Shown in pieces: positions 13,674-26,129 of a stretch of DNA of 64,000 bases (the stretch's first letter is position 1; every line of letters begins with the position of its first letter). The notes beneath the pieces are model-generated. The model saw only the letters and a list, made by a program, of their open reading frames with translations, ran no database searches and was not told where the DNA came from. The stretch is from Chara braunii. Lineage: Eukaryota > Plantae > Charophyceae. The translations under genes were made by a program, and so were the position numbers. Location of the stretch: positions 4,617,871-4,681,870 of the forward strand of contig BFEA01000024.1 of NCBI GenBank assembly GCA_003427395.1, read 5' to 3'.

Positions 13674-14572
13674 AACTTGCCAGGGGATACCTTCTAGGAC
13701 TAGTCCTAAAAGCTGTAGTTTTAGGATTCTTCTAACCAACACGCCGCCAGTCCTAAAAATCTTTTAGAACTCGTCCTAATGTTTTTTGGATTTTTTGAGG
13801 AGTGTCTAACGAGACCCTTAGTAGGGTGCATTTAATCAACTAGGACCCTTCGGGAAACAAAAAAAGAACAAAAAAAGGGGAAACTTTCGGAATGAACCCG
13901 GCCAACCACCTTTCTCGGCTTTTTGGCTAAGATCAGTGTAGTATCTGTGTTGACTCATTGGGGTGCCGACTCAGCAGGGCGTCGAAGCTCGTCCTCTGCT
14001 GATTCACCAGAATCAGGCCATAATTTTCTTAGAGCGGCACGTGTGCCCTCTGAGGTCCCTGTGCTGAATCAGCGGGGCGTAGAAGTTCCCCCTGTGCTGC
14101 CTCCTCAGCAAAGCGTACAAGTTCTCCCTGTGCTGGCTGAGCAGAGTGTAGAACTTCTACCTGTGCTGATTCAGCAGGGCGTGGCCAGTTCCCCCTTCCC
14201 AGACCTTACATCTCATCAGACAGCCATTCCATTTGGACACGTCGTGGCTTTTTTTTTCTCTCTTTTCCTTTCGAGAGAAGACAGGAACCGAAGCACACCA
14301 AAACCAAGATCCTTCTTGGTTTACAGAGTGATGAGTGGTAGCTCAAGTCCTTCCTCCCCAAGACTCGTTATGACCAGTCGGCCGCCGAAGCCTAGACTTG
14401 TTACGACCAGTCGAAGCCAATCTGACCCATAGGACCGGAAGGCAATGTTCAAAAGGGACACATTATCAACAAGAAAGCCAGGAGGAAAACCACAAGGATC
14501 CAACCGAACTAAAGTTTAGCCATCAAAAGAGGGTAGAGCCGTAGACAGCGAACGAACACTGACAGCACCTAC

Positions 14573-14671
14573 CATCTCTGCGAGGAGTCTGTCGCGATAA
14601 GGCCTCCAAACTCCAGTGTGGCGTAAAAAGTGTGCATATAAAGGTTCATCAAGAGCACAAACATCATCGCG
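14573..14671 (-). CDS. Exon 2 of branched-chain-amino-acid aminotransferase-like protein (sulfotransferase-like N-terminal domain)
   Basis: AG|CGC...ATG|GTAGGT; 99 bp, phase 0. Encodes RDDVCALDEPLYAHFLRHTGVWRPYRDRLLAEM, matching the RDD..LDEPLY..FL..TG..RPYR motif of plant BCAT-like proteins. Confidence 0.9.
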
Positions 14672-15101
14672 CTGCGCGCCAAACAAGACCACAACCCAGA
14701 ACACACGCACAAACACAGTCGTCAGCACATTCGTCTTGAAACACAACTACTAATAAATCATTAAAGGAAACAGGGCCAAACGAATATTCTCTGTTCAGCA
14801 AACGGATGTGAATCTTCTCTGTAGATGAAAAATGAATCTTCCCTGTTGAGGAAACGCAGCTTCTCTGTTGCTGCGCAAACGAATCGTCCCTTCTGTTGAA
14901 AACGACATTTCTAAGTTGAGAGAGAACGAATCTTCTCTTCTCTGTTTCACAAGGGGACAGAAAAAAAAAAAGGAAGGAAACAACCGATGGTAGTAAAAGT
15001 TCAAAAAACTCCTCCACGTACATGACGGATCACGGTCCGTGCAAAAGAGCTGAACCGTTTGTCATGCAGTACTTTGAACTCCTATGCACGTGGAAAACCA
15101 C

Positions 15102-15163
<62 letters not shown>

Positions 15164-16607
15164 GAGAGAGAGAGAGAGGAGGGGGCAGAGCAACAGAAAT
15201 CCAGAGAAGAAAAAAAGGACAACGATTATACATAGGGACGAACAGAGGAGAACCCTCCTCTTACCTTCACAGACATGACCTGGACACGCCAACTACGGTC
15301 TGCGAAATCGACCTCATCCTAGACCCTGTCCCGAGCGCTACAACCCACCCCTCCCCATCCCCCTCACCCGCCTCCAAAACTCATTTGGTCTTCATCCTAC
15401 AGCCTGTCCCGACCATCTCTACAACCTAACCCCCCCCCCCCCCCCCTCCCCCTCTCCCTCTCCCCACTATCACCAAAACGCATTTAGTCTGCGAAATCGA
15501 CTTCACCCTAAAATCTATCCCGATCATCTCTACAACCAAAGCTCCTCCAGCCCTTCCTCCCCACTCCCCTCCCCTCCCCTCCCCTGCCCCTTCCAAGGCT
15601 ATCATTGAAAATGCATCACTGACTGACGATTTCCAATCATATGACGTCGTAATCATATCCGCCATGCTGTGCTACATCCAATGAAACCAATGAGCCTAGC
15701 TGCACATACCCTGAAGGCACGACGGCCTCGCAAAATCGATAGTCACATATCAGCAGCGGTCGCAGCCTCCCGATCCGCGAGTCAGTTCCCTTCGCCAGAG
15801 CTCCCCTCCCTTCCCCTCCCCCTCCACCCCTGCCGGCGCACACACATTCATTCCCCGCTTCCTTTCCCTCCTCTTTTTACCTCCCTCTTCCTTTCCCTCC
15901 TTCGCAAAACCAGTTGAACCTCAACAATGTCCCGCATTTTAAACGGTTGAACCCACTGCCAACACAGGGACCACTCTTCATACACATATATTGTCACACT
16001 GTGATTTATACACATATTATCAATATACGTATTCATTCTTTTGGCTGAGGTGCCTCAACAGTTAATGAGGGGGAAGTTGACAGGGAACCAAGGGTCACTG
16101 ATGTATACAGAGACGCGAACTATTCTTTGTCAGCAACCGGTCGGAACACGCATTCTTCCCTGACATTCTTTCTTCCCTTTTTCTTTTGTTTTGGCCGCGC
16201 CATCTTCTTGTTGGGCAGATACGCTGCTACCTTTGGCCTGCTTGCGCTTCACCCTGAAACCCTGAGACGTCGACACATGAACAAACCGACTCCTCCTTCG
16301 TCCGCTGAGTCGTCCGACGGCCAAGATCCTCGATTACTATTCCCACAATACCTTCGGTTTTCCGAGGGCAGGACGAATCCGATGCTTACAAATAACTCGT
16401 GAGTGGGGGGCGCACTTCGAACACACACGGGCATTATAGTGACATTTGCTGTAAATCTTTTGTGTTGCGGGCGTGCGTGTGTGTGAGAGAGGGAGAAGAG
16501 AGACGAAGAGCAAGATAGAAAGACAGAGAGAAAGAGAGAGGCAGGCACACAGACACATTTCGACGGACAAACAGATACACAGATCGCCCGATAACAAAAT
16601 ACCCATG

Positions 16608-16645
<38 letters not shown>

Positions 16646-16693
16646 GACGAAGGGGATAAATACCGAGAGAGATAATATCGCTGTGATGTATGT

Positions 16694-16728
<35 letters not shown>

Positions 16729-17277
16729 GAAAAGAAATGCCGACCTTAATGAACAGAGGATAATATCGCTGTGATGTATGTGTGTGTGTGAGAGAGAGAG
16801 CGAGAGAGAGGAAGAGAAATGCCGACCTTAATGAAGAGAAATTAGAAGAGTGCCGAGTGCTCCTCCAGCTCAGCCTAGCGTTTTGTAGAAGATGCGGGAG
16901 ACAAAAGAATAAAGGAAAAGAAAAAGTACGAAACCTAAGATCGATAGAGAGAAGCAGGACGGGAAAAAATATGCTGTGTTTGTTCGATATCCTCCGAAAC
17001 AGTGAACCTCGGAGCAAACCGGCAGCGAGGCGGAGTGAAAATCCACGAGGAGGGGTGAAGAGAAGTAGAGAACGGAACAACAGCAGATCAGAGAGGGCAA
17101 GCGAGATCAGCAAAAGGCTAGCGACCTCGCACGCGCGCGCGAGAGAGAGAAAGAGAGAGAGTGAGAGAGTAGATTTAGAAGAGAATGAGAGAGAGAGAGA
17201 GAGGAGATTTGGAAACGAGAATAAATTACGGCAAAAAATAAAGAAATGGCAGTATCCGATGGATATGCTAACAGCAC

Positions 17278-18279
17278 CTGTAAGAATGAATACATTAAGC
17301 AAGTGCTCATGGAACGGGGTCCCGACCAGACATTGATGCAAAAAGGATCAAACGGTTCGGCTGCTGCCTCGTCCTCCACGGTCCCAGACTCCGACCCGGC
17401 TGCCACGTCAGCCCCGCCTTCCGACCCCGCCTCGTCGCCAATGCTGGAAGCATGGTAAAGAAGTCGGTCGATGATATCCGACATGGCGTCTGTTCCTCCA
17501 TGATCGGCAGTTCCTTGACTGCTAAGACTTCTTGCGCTTGACGTTGTTGTCAACACCGCCGCACCTCCACTTCCACCCACACTCCCCTCCCTCCCTCCCC
17601 GTTCTCTTTCTCCTCCTCCCACCTTCCTCCCGTCCAGAGTCGGGCTTCGTACTCTCGGAAGGGTTGTTCCCCCTCCCTCGCCTCCTTGCAGTTGTTGCCC
17701 GGTCGCCGCCCCTTCTCCTCCGCCGCCATCTCCTGCTGCCACTGCTACACCCCCTCCTACTTTTCCTCCTCCTCCAGCACCGCTATTACCACTGCCATGG
17801 CCAGTCCCTCCTCCACCAACCATGGAACTACTACCAATAGTCCGCCTGTCAAAACTCGTACTCCTCCCCACCGAGTCCGACGATCCGGCCGTAGAAGCAC
17901 GGAAAGCCGACGACTGGTCGCCCCCGCCTGCTCCGGATCCCGACTGCGCTAGTTCCCCTGATGGTGGTGCTATCCAACTAGCCGTCCCGGGGATCGAGAA
18001 CGAAGTGCCACGTTGCCCTCTCGCAGCTGTAGAAGATAGCTCATATGCCCCTGCTGTAGTGGAGGAGGTCGCTGCCGTGGCCCCCCCCTTCTCCCCAGCA
18101 GCTGCTGCTTTCCCACCTCCCCTCTCTCTCCTCATCGTGGCTGCCAATTGATCCTGCAGGGTGGCCATCGCCAGAGCTCCCGTTCCCGCCCTTTGCGCAT
18201 GCTTCGCCGCCGTCAGCGGGTCCCCGCCTTGACTCTGACTCCGCCCAGAGCGCGCCGATGGATCCGGAAAAGACGCCAT
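17278..18279 (-). CDS. Exon 1 of branched-chain-amino-acid aminotransferase-like protein, with long Gly/Ser/Ala-rich N-terminal extension
   Basis: Runs from ATG at 18279 (MASFPDPS) to CAG|GTG at 17278, 334 codons. Ends INVWSGPRSMSTCLMYSFLQ, the WS.PRS.ST.LMYSF.Q motif of this family, and joins exon 2 in frame. The true start codon is uncertain. Confidence 0.85.
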
Positions 18280-19071
18280 CGCGAATATCCACCTCGCAGC
18301 GCAAATCGACAAAATTTACGCTCACGAGCCTCCTCTCGAATCCAGATCTCTCTCTTTTTTCCTTCGTTTCTTTTTTAGCCTCCAATCCCGATCTCAATTT
18401 AACGGCTGAAAGCAATCTCCGCCGGTCGGAGTACGGTCACACCACTACGTAGGTAGATAGGCGAAGCGCCAAACCGACACACGTCCTTCCAACAAACGTA
18501 CCCCCAACAGACAGGACACACTGAGAACCCATGACACCCCACCTACCTACCAGGTATGCGAAGGGTCCATTATTCAGTGTGCATTCCAGGAAGGCTCTCA
18601 AACTAAAAGCACGGCAGCAGCACTCTCGTTGAGGGCGACCCCAGCTCTCCGTTCGAACCCCCAAACGCAGCAGAAGAGAACTGCCGTGGTTCGAACGGAC
18701 AATCGCTGAAACGCACGGACAATCGAATCTTGAACACAAAAGGGGAAAAAAAATAAAAAAAAACAAAAATCGACTTGACAATCGGACAATCGAAAGACGA
18801 GAAAGTGCGCGCACGAACGAAAGAATGGATGGACGAAATAGTTCACAAATCTTGGTGTCAAGATAAACACTGCACAATCTATCTATCGAGGAGGGTTCTT
18901 TGCGTCAGTGCTCATCAGAGAGTTCATGGCGTAGGAACAAGTGGCAATCTTGCGATTTTCTTCCAACTGTGCATTCGACTGCAAAATCCGGACGGCCATT
19001 CTCGACCAAGGGGGTAGTGCTACCCGCATTCAAACAACTCAACAAAATATCGACAGCCTGACGAGGAGAAA

Positions 19072-19178
<107 letters not shown>

Positions 19179-19331
19179 GTTGCAATCTGATGTGGGAGAC
19201 TGGCAACCGTGGCTACAGCATGACCCACATCCGATTTCGTGCATTGCAAGCCGGGATCAGCTTGGTTCCAAAGAAGGACGGCAGACACCTCGTGCAGTCC
19301 GCCATCACCCCTCCCACAGCAGAGGCAGAGG

Positions 19332-19426
19332 CCCCTTTTCTTTTTTCTTCTTTTTTTTTTTGAAAAGAACTCCCTTCAGACTACTAGGGGCGCTGATATG
19401 AGCAGACACCGCTAGTATCGTGGGGA
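19332..19426 (-). mobile_element. Possible very short retroposed 3' fragment with A-rich tail
   Basis: The minus strand ends TCTTTTC-A(n), like the insert at 13327-13673. Flanked by AGGCAGAGG at 19323-19331 and 19427-19435. Confidence 0.4.
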
Positions 19427-20289
19427 AGGCAGAGGAATATGCACAGCGTGACGATTGACAGATCAAACACATCAACGCAGCCTGGGCATATTGACCCCAA
19501 CACACACGTGACCCGAGACATGCGTGAGACACGACCCCATTCGCGGCGCGCGGAAAATCGGAAAAGTCGGGGCCGTTCCTCACGATTCGTAAGAATTACA
19601 AAAAATGGATCCCGGACGCTGAGGGGCTTTGGGTCTGATCCCTCACTACATACGGTAAGTAAAAAAGTGCGTTTTGGCGGATCCCACAGTATTCCGGTAA
19701 CTTGGGGCCTACCGGCAGTTGCACTACTCTCCATAGGCCAAGTTTGGCGAGTAGGTGCTGGTTGCACTTATTCGCCAAACTTGACGAATGCAAAATGTGT
19801 CAGACGGCTTGGCAGACCGTCGACGCAAGTTGTGGAAAGTGAATTCGGTTTCCCCGCCTGTGCACGGCGGTTTGTGGAGAGTGGTCCTCAGACCTCTCGG
19901 ACCTCTCCACAAAACAGCTTTCTGGAGAGTGCCGGGCTTCACGAGTCGACATCAGGTAGACGAAAAAAAAAAACTTCTCTGTAGAAGAAATATAATGGCG
20001 AGTAAGTGCAACTAGGCCCTTGGGAGGCGAGTGCAAACATTTGTAGTCGTGGCGGGCAGGGAATGAACGGCGCAGTGTGAGGTGCAAAAAAGTTGTAAGG
20101 AAAATGGACGCTTGGATCCCACAGTGCGTTTTTAAGAACGGATTTGGATCCCATGGGCCCGACGGGGAAGGCACTTCTCCACAAATTTTGCCGACATGCA
20201 CTCCGTCCCAAAGCCATCTACGGACATTCAACGGCCAACGACCACGAACCGACAACAGAAAAAAGAGAAAACCCAATTTTGCACAGGCG

Positions 20290-20944
20290 AGCAGTTCATT
20301 AGTGGTCTGGGTGTTGATTGGGGGGATCCCACAGAACTACCCAAGCAGAGAAGGGTGGGGGTACGTGGGGCAGGTGGCCAGGGCAGCAATGCTCTGGGTC
20401 ATCTGGCAAGACAGAAACGGCCTCAGGTTTAGAGGGGAAGGTCTGCACGAAAAACAGGCTGAGGCAACCTTCAGAGGCCTGTTGGTCTCATCAATGAGGG
20501 CCGACTGGTCCAGGAAGGCAGGTCTGGGTAGACAGAGGGAGGGCTTAGCGTGGTTCCGGAACACCTAGACACTAACTGACAGGTTGGCATCCATCTCCGT
20601 AGACTGCCGTCTGAAGGTTAGCAGTTGGCTAGAGCATGGGTAGGGCGAGGAGGAACGAGGGTGCTTCTTCGAACCAGGACACTCGGTTCCCTTAGACGGT
20701 CGCAGTGGGCCGTACGGGTAGGGCGGGTTGGAGAGTGTCGGTCCTCAGAAAGGAAGGGAGTTTCCTCTCGGCCGTTTGGAGGAAGTGTTCCAGACCATAG
20801 TAGGTCTGTGTATAGATAGGTTGAGCCTTAGCCGTAGGTGAAAGCAAGTTAGGTTAGGGTAGTGTAGGATAGGATAAGAGTAGGACTGGGAATTGGCAAT
20901 AGCAGAACTGGTTCTGACTTGGTGCAGTATTTGTGAGTGTAACT
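20290..20944 (+). mobile_element. L1-like LINE fragment (ORF2 C-terminus plus 3' UTR)
   Basis: Translation contains AMLWVIWQDRNGLRF, the W.IW..RN...F motif at the end of plant L1 ORF2. Cut off at 20945 by the LTR-like sequence. The 5' boundary is approximate. Confidence 0.6.
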
Positions 20945-23258
20945 TGTGATACGCAACCTCACGCCCCCTCGCAGCTTCCCGTACTGGGTCGCCGATCTGA
21001 GTTCTAGGAGGGGCGTGGCCGAGGATTTTTGGCCGTAGGGGTTGAGTCTCCCGGACGGAACGGGAGGCTCTGGTTTCGTGCCAGAGGTACCCCGGAGTCG
21101 AGCTGTCGTCGCGAAGTCCCGTGGGGGTCGGATCACTCCAAAACGATAAAATCAGAAGGGTTTCCACAAAAACGAATTGTCGTCGTGCATCGGGACGGAA
21201 AAAGGCATCAAGGGGAGAGGGATGGCGGCGGAAGACAGAAACTTCGATCGTCATGGGCTTGAGGGATAGGTAGTGGGTTCGAAGCCTTCAGGCCTCGTCA
21301 TCGGCCTCGTGAAGTGACCGGACCGACGGGTTTTTGCTGTAGAAGTGGTTGGTTCGAGGCCTTCAAGCCTCGGCGTCGGACTCGCCAAGTCCGCGCGGAA
21401 GTTTCCGAGAGGGTGAAACGGCTGGAGGACTCGCCAGCATCCGGATTCGAAATTGCGCGAGCAGTGCCCCCGCATTGCGGGAGAGCTCCGGGAAACGTGT
21501 CGCTCCCTCGTAACCCAGGACCAAGCGTCGCCAAGAACACGAGTCCCCCTGGCGACACCAGCGACAATCAAACTGCGGCCGCCACGCGGCGTGAGCGGCC
21601 GACCAGGGCAACACCGTCAAACCCGTATAAGGCAATATTAGAGTCGGGGAATCAAAGCGATCAATCAAGACAAACCCGTTCCCCCTATATTACACGCCCG
21701 GGGTGGATCTCGCCAACACACTTGCTCCGTCCGTCACAGCGCGCGTCGTACATCCGCATCGCAGTAGACGTTGTCGTCATCTGCAATGGGGAAGGTCGGT
21801 AGCAAGATGAGACGATCGGAGGTGAGCGATGAACACGGGCAAAATCCCACGCTCCCGGTCATCCGAACCAACACCGACTCCATACAACACTCGACGCAAC
21901 TCTTCTCTCTCAAGGTGGGTTCGTCAGAAGAAGATGATGAAATCCAAGCTCCCTTCCCCTTGCGGGGGCGTCGACCGCGCGCGCGGACGCAGGCGGTTGA
22001 CGTCACCGTTGCAGGGACGAGAAGTTCCAAAAGCGATGACTATCAGTTCAAAAAGAAAGGCGATGGAGAGAGAGAGAATGAGTTACACCGAGACTGCGCG
22101 TGCGTGCAGGAAAGGCCGCGGAGGGGAGGGGAACAACAGGATCAACACACTCATACTCCTACGCAGACGGTCCTCCAGTTCAGTTCTCCCGTCCCCGCCC
22201 GGATAAGTACATACACACATACATGCATGCAATCAACAACGCTTGACAGGACATCCAATCATCCATAGACCTTCGACATCACTCATGCGCACAACCAGCT
22301 CCCATCACTCCGGGCTTCACACACACGTCACACGTCATGCATAGACAAAGCAGCAATGGAGATAAAAGCGAGTCCTTCNTATACACAAAAATTCTCAATT
22401 AACTGCCACCCCCAGGCGCAGCCTTTAAAACCTCCCAAGACCACCGACCACCATAGCCACAAGGCCTTGCCGCGGTCGGCGCCCAATCCCCACCACTACT
22501 CAGTCCCTCCGACTGCTTCGCCCCGAGACTACCGCGGGTCCACCCCACGTCGTCACTCCGCCCGTCCTTGGGCTCGTCGAGCCTGTTCGGCGTCGCGGAC
22601 TTTCGCGCATAGCTCGCGCAGCATTATAGCCGAGATCAAAGAGAGAGAGAGGAGAGGGTTGCGCGAATTTATACCGCGGGAGGCGGCGGGTTATCAGCGC
22701 GAGGTGCGGGCAGCGCAAGTTGTAGATGAGCAGATGAGGAGGAAGGTGGGGAGTTAGAGGGTTCGACCCGCGGGATGGCATGGTCCTACGTGATTGGGGT
22801 GTCCGTTCAAGTGGTGCGCGGTTTCCCTCTCTCCACATTGATCCGAGCATCCCAACTACGCGGCCAATCACTTCGCGAAGTAAGGATCGAGCTGGGGGGG
22901 GAGGGGAAAACGAAGAGTCCTGCATGGGGGAAGTGCGCGCATCAAGAAGGGAAGATGGCGCGGGGATGCAAAGCAAGAACCGGGGGTGCGAGACGCGCGA
23001 AGAAGTCGGAGCTTAGGTGCGCGCGCGCGCAAAAATTCAAAAAATCCCCACCGAAACCATTTCTTGGTTTTCATACCGCGGCCCCTATTCGCCCGCGCGG
23101 GAGTTATTGACCAAAAATAAAAAAACCGTTTGAAAAAGGAAAACAAAAGCAAAAAGAAAGAAAAATTCTTGTTTGTCCGCATCTGTGCCTCGGGGCTTCC
23201 GGGGGATTTTTCCTCAGGGATACGGGAAGTCGCGTGGTACGGGTCTGAGCTTATCACA
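20945..23258 (-). repeat. Putative 3' LTR (~2.3 kb) of the PHD-bearing element
   Basis: Termini TGTGATA...TATCACA form a 7-bp perfect inverted repeat (TG...CA), downstream of integrase and the extra ORF. No second copy in the window to confirm it. Confidence 0.55.
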
Positions 23259-23598
23259 TCTGTGATACGCAGGGGGTTCCGAAAAATTAGCAGTCTCCCG
23301 ACTGCTGAGGTCATCATGTCTTAGATGATCGGGCGGCCTCTTCATCGTCAGCTGGCTCGATCATCTTCCTAATCTACGTGGATACATCTTGCATCCTCCA
23401 TCACCTCCTCTCATAGTATACATCCGATCGGGCGGCCCCTTCATCGTCAGCTGGCCCGATCGGTAAGAAATTTTTTTCTTTTTTTTTCTTTTTTTTTTTT
23501 AAACACAGCGCGTCTTGACGCGCGAACTTTGGGCATAGGAGAAGAAGATGATGAAGAGAAGGAGAAGGAGAGAAGCGGGGAGAGTTAGACGAGGGTGA

Positions 23599-24295
23599 TC
23601 AGAGGAAGTGATCGATGTCGGGATTGAGAGGGGGCGGAATAGGTGGAAGAAAAGCGGCCATTGCCGCGGGAGTCGGCGCCGCATCTTCCTCCTGGAAGTG
23701 GTGCTGGACGAACGAGGGATAGAGGAAGGCCCCCAGCACATGAGACAGGACACGTGGCGCCAGATCCGCCACCACTCGCACCACCCGCTTGCGCACCGAT
23801 CGGGGCCCTGGACCCGTTATCACCACACGAGTCTCGGTGTAAGGCCCTGCGCAGCATCGTTTCGTGGGCTGTGAATCGGTGTCCCCCCCGTCCTTGCACT
23901 CTGGCCACCAATCTGGCCGCCTGCTCCGCGTACTCGCGCACAAAACTTCGCGCCAGCTCCCGACTCGACGGTGGCAGGATCGTCAAGTCACCGATAAAGG
24001 TGGCGACGCTATACACGAAGTTGGGTGCCACTTGGAGCGCGTGGAACTCGATGAACACTCGAGTCGTCTCCCGCCCAGGCAACAGCATCACGTCCACGTA
24101 CACCCCCTCATACGTCAGCCGATCGCAAAGTAACGAGTACGCCGCCAGATCAGCAACCCCGGGCGCTGGCACGTTCACCTGCTGAATGTCGTACCGCAAC
24201 TGCCTTTCCTCATTGAACTGATGCCGCAACAAGCGATCTGCAAGCGACGTCTGGAAATGCTCGAGGGGCTCATGCTCCGGCTGGCGATGGTTCAT
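23599..24295 (-). CDS. Extra ORF of unknown function downstream of integrase (probably frameshifted)
   Basis: ATG at 24295 (MNHRQPEHEPLEHFQTSLADRLLRHQF...) overlaps the end of the integrase ORF. About 150 aa of globular-looking sequence, with a likely continuation in the 23599-23943 frame. Confidence 0.5.
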
Positions 24296-25480
24296 CCTGC
24301 TCCCTGAAACTCTCAGCACCAATGGACGAGGCCGATCGGGAAGAGGAGGAAGACGAAGAAGGAGAGGATGATCTCGTAGGAGCGGGGGTCCGTATGGGGC
24401 CTAGCGATGGCTGGAAGGGCCGGAGCGAAGCAGCGTGCTGTGTCAGCGGTCGGGCCTGGGAGTTGTGACGGGGAATCAGCTTCACGAAGTACTGTCCCTG
24501 TGCGCCAACTTCCGTTACCTCGTAACTGCCTGTGTAGCGCGGGTGGATCTTGGAGGAGCGCGCGGATTTCCGTACCTGTTCCAAGTCCCCAATTTTATAG
24601 CGACGGAGTGGTCCAGTGGACGCATGTCGGTTCTCATAATCGCGGATCTGCCGTTGATGCGTCCGATCTACGGCCCGCTGTCGCCGGCGAGCTAACGGGG
24701 GATAGGCCCTAGCCATTAAGTCCATGTAGTGGCGGGCCTTATCTCTGTGTTGGGCCCGTGTTGCTCTAACTTCCGTACCTACCAAGGGGGACAAATGCAC
24801 CCAAGGGACACGATTGGTTCTCAGTTGGAAGGGGGACACCCCAGTACTATCGTGTGGGGTAACCAGATAGACGGCCAAAATGTGGTCGACAATGACAGGC
24901 CAGCGCCGGGTATCTCCCGCAGTGATATTCCGTCTAAGAGCGGTCTTAATCAGTCGGTTGGCATTCTCTACCAGGCCATTTGCTTGAGGCCAATGCCCCG
25001 ACGAGTAGATAATCTTAACGTCCGCCCTGACCAGGTGACGTTCTACTTCGCCTTGAAATTCCGACCCATTGTCCATGTGTACCTCTTCTACGTCTAGATG
25101 CGTGCACAAAAATCGGTTTACGTACCAGGCTACCTCCTGCGAATTCCGACTGGTCATAGGGTACGCCTCGATCCATTTCGAAAAATGATCGATGGCCACT
25201 ACAAGAACATTGAGCTCTCCCTGATCGACGGGACCTCTCAAACGTTGATATCCGTCGTGTCGATGCTAACCCTCTGAAAGGGGCACTCTACATGAGTAGG
25301 CACCATCGTTCGAGGCATCTGTACCGGCGCCTTGTCCACCACGCATGCCGGGCAATTCTGGACGATGTATTTCACATCTTCCCGAATTCCCGACCAGTAC
25401 CATCCATTCTTTTCGATGGCTTTTTCCGTGTACTTGATCGCGAAATGGACCGCATCCTCTTCATGAGCGGCTCGTGTCCA
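24270..25480 (-). pseudogene. Ty3/Gypsy integrase (H2C2 zinc finger, DDE core, GPY/F-like motif; one frameshift)
   Basis: AHEEDAVH...WYWSGIREDV...CPAC; SIDT, IDHFSKW, MDNGSEF, NGLVENAN; YTGSYEV. No chromodomain seen. Confidence 0.9.
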
Positions 25481-25759
25481 ATCGAACCTAGCGAAAGGGT
25501 GCGGAACCGTCAACCAGCTAGTCCCTCCGTCATCATCGACTTTTCGTTTTTGTAACGTCGGTCCCTGCCAGCGATAGTCCTGCGGCCGCTCCGTGACTCT
25601 CCGCCACTCGACTTTGGTAAGTTCTGACAGCGAGTCGCCTAACAGCCTCTGTAGCAACAGAAGGTCCGTCCAGACTTCTGCCCGACGGGCACTTAGCGCG
25701 AATCCGTCGGCGGTCCGTGCGTCCAGATACCGTTTCTCGGTAGGGACCTGGTCCGTTCT

Positions 25760-25921
25760 GCAGTTGGGACAGACCCACGTCTTTTCACTTCGGTACCTAA
25801 CGCATTGTCCGTGGGATTTGACCGCTTGACACTGACTACACTGCACCCACAAAAGAAAATTGGGCCCTCCCGAATGTGACCCTTCTTGGTCCGGGACCAT
25901 AGGCAAGGTACAGAAGAAACA
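25760..25921 (-). other. PHD finger (C4HC3) inside Pol, between RNase H and integrase
   Basis: CFFC-x23-CSQC-x5-H-x2-C-x8-WVCPNC, in the same frame as the integrase zinc finger. Confidence 0.8.
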
Positions 25922-26129
25922 GAGACTTAGATGTGTTTCAGGGGACGAGTAGGGACTAGACGAGAGAGCGAGGGAGTTGGATGAAGGCAAAGAGATAGCG
26001 TCCGCCATCTCCGGCAAGACCTCCATTCCGGACTCAGGCGTCGTCCTTGCACAACACATGTAGCTCCCCGTAGCGTGGTTTCGTCGCCGCGGCTTCTGGC
26101 CTCCACGGAATGAGTCGCTCGTTGGCGGG

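Noticed and set aside
16337-17277. 334-aa hydrophobic ORF and RE-rich ORFs in intron 1
   Set aside because: Driven by GA/CT microsatellites, and they lie within a GT-AG intron supported by protein homology.
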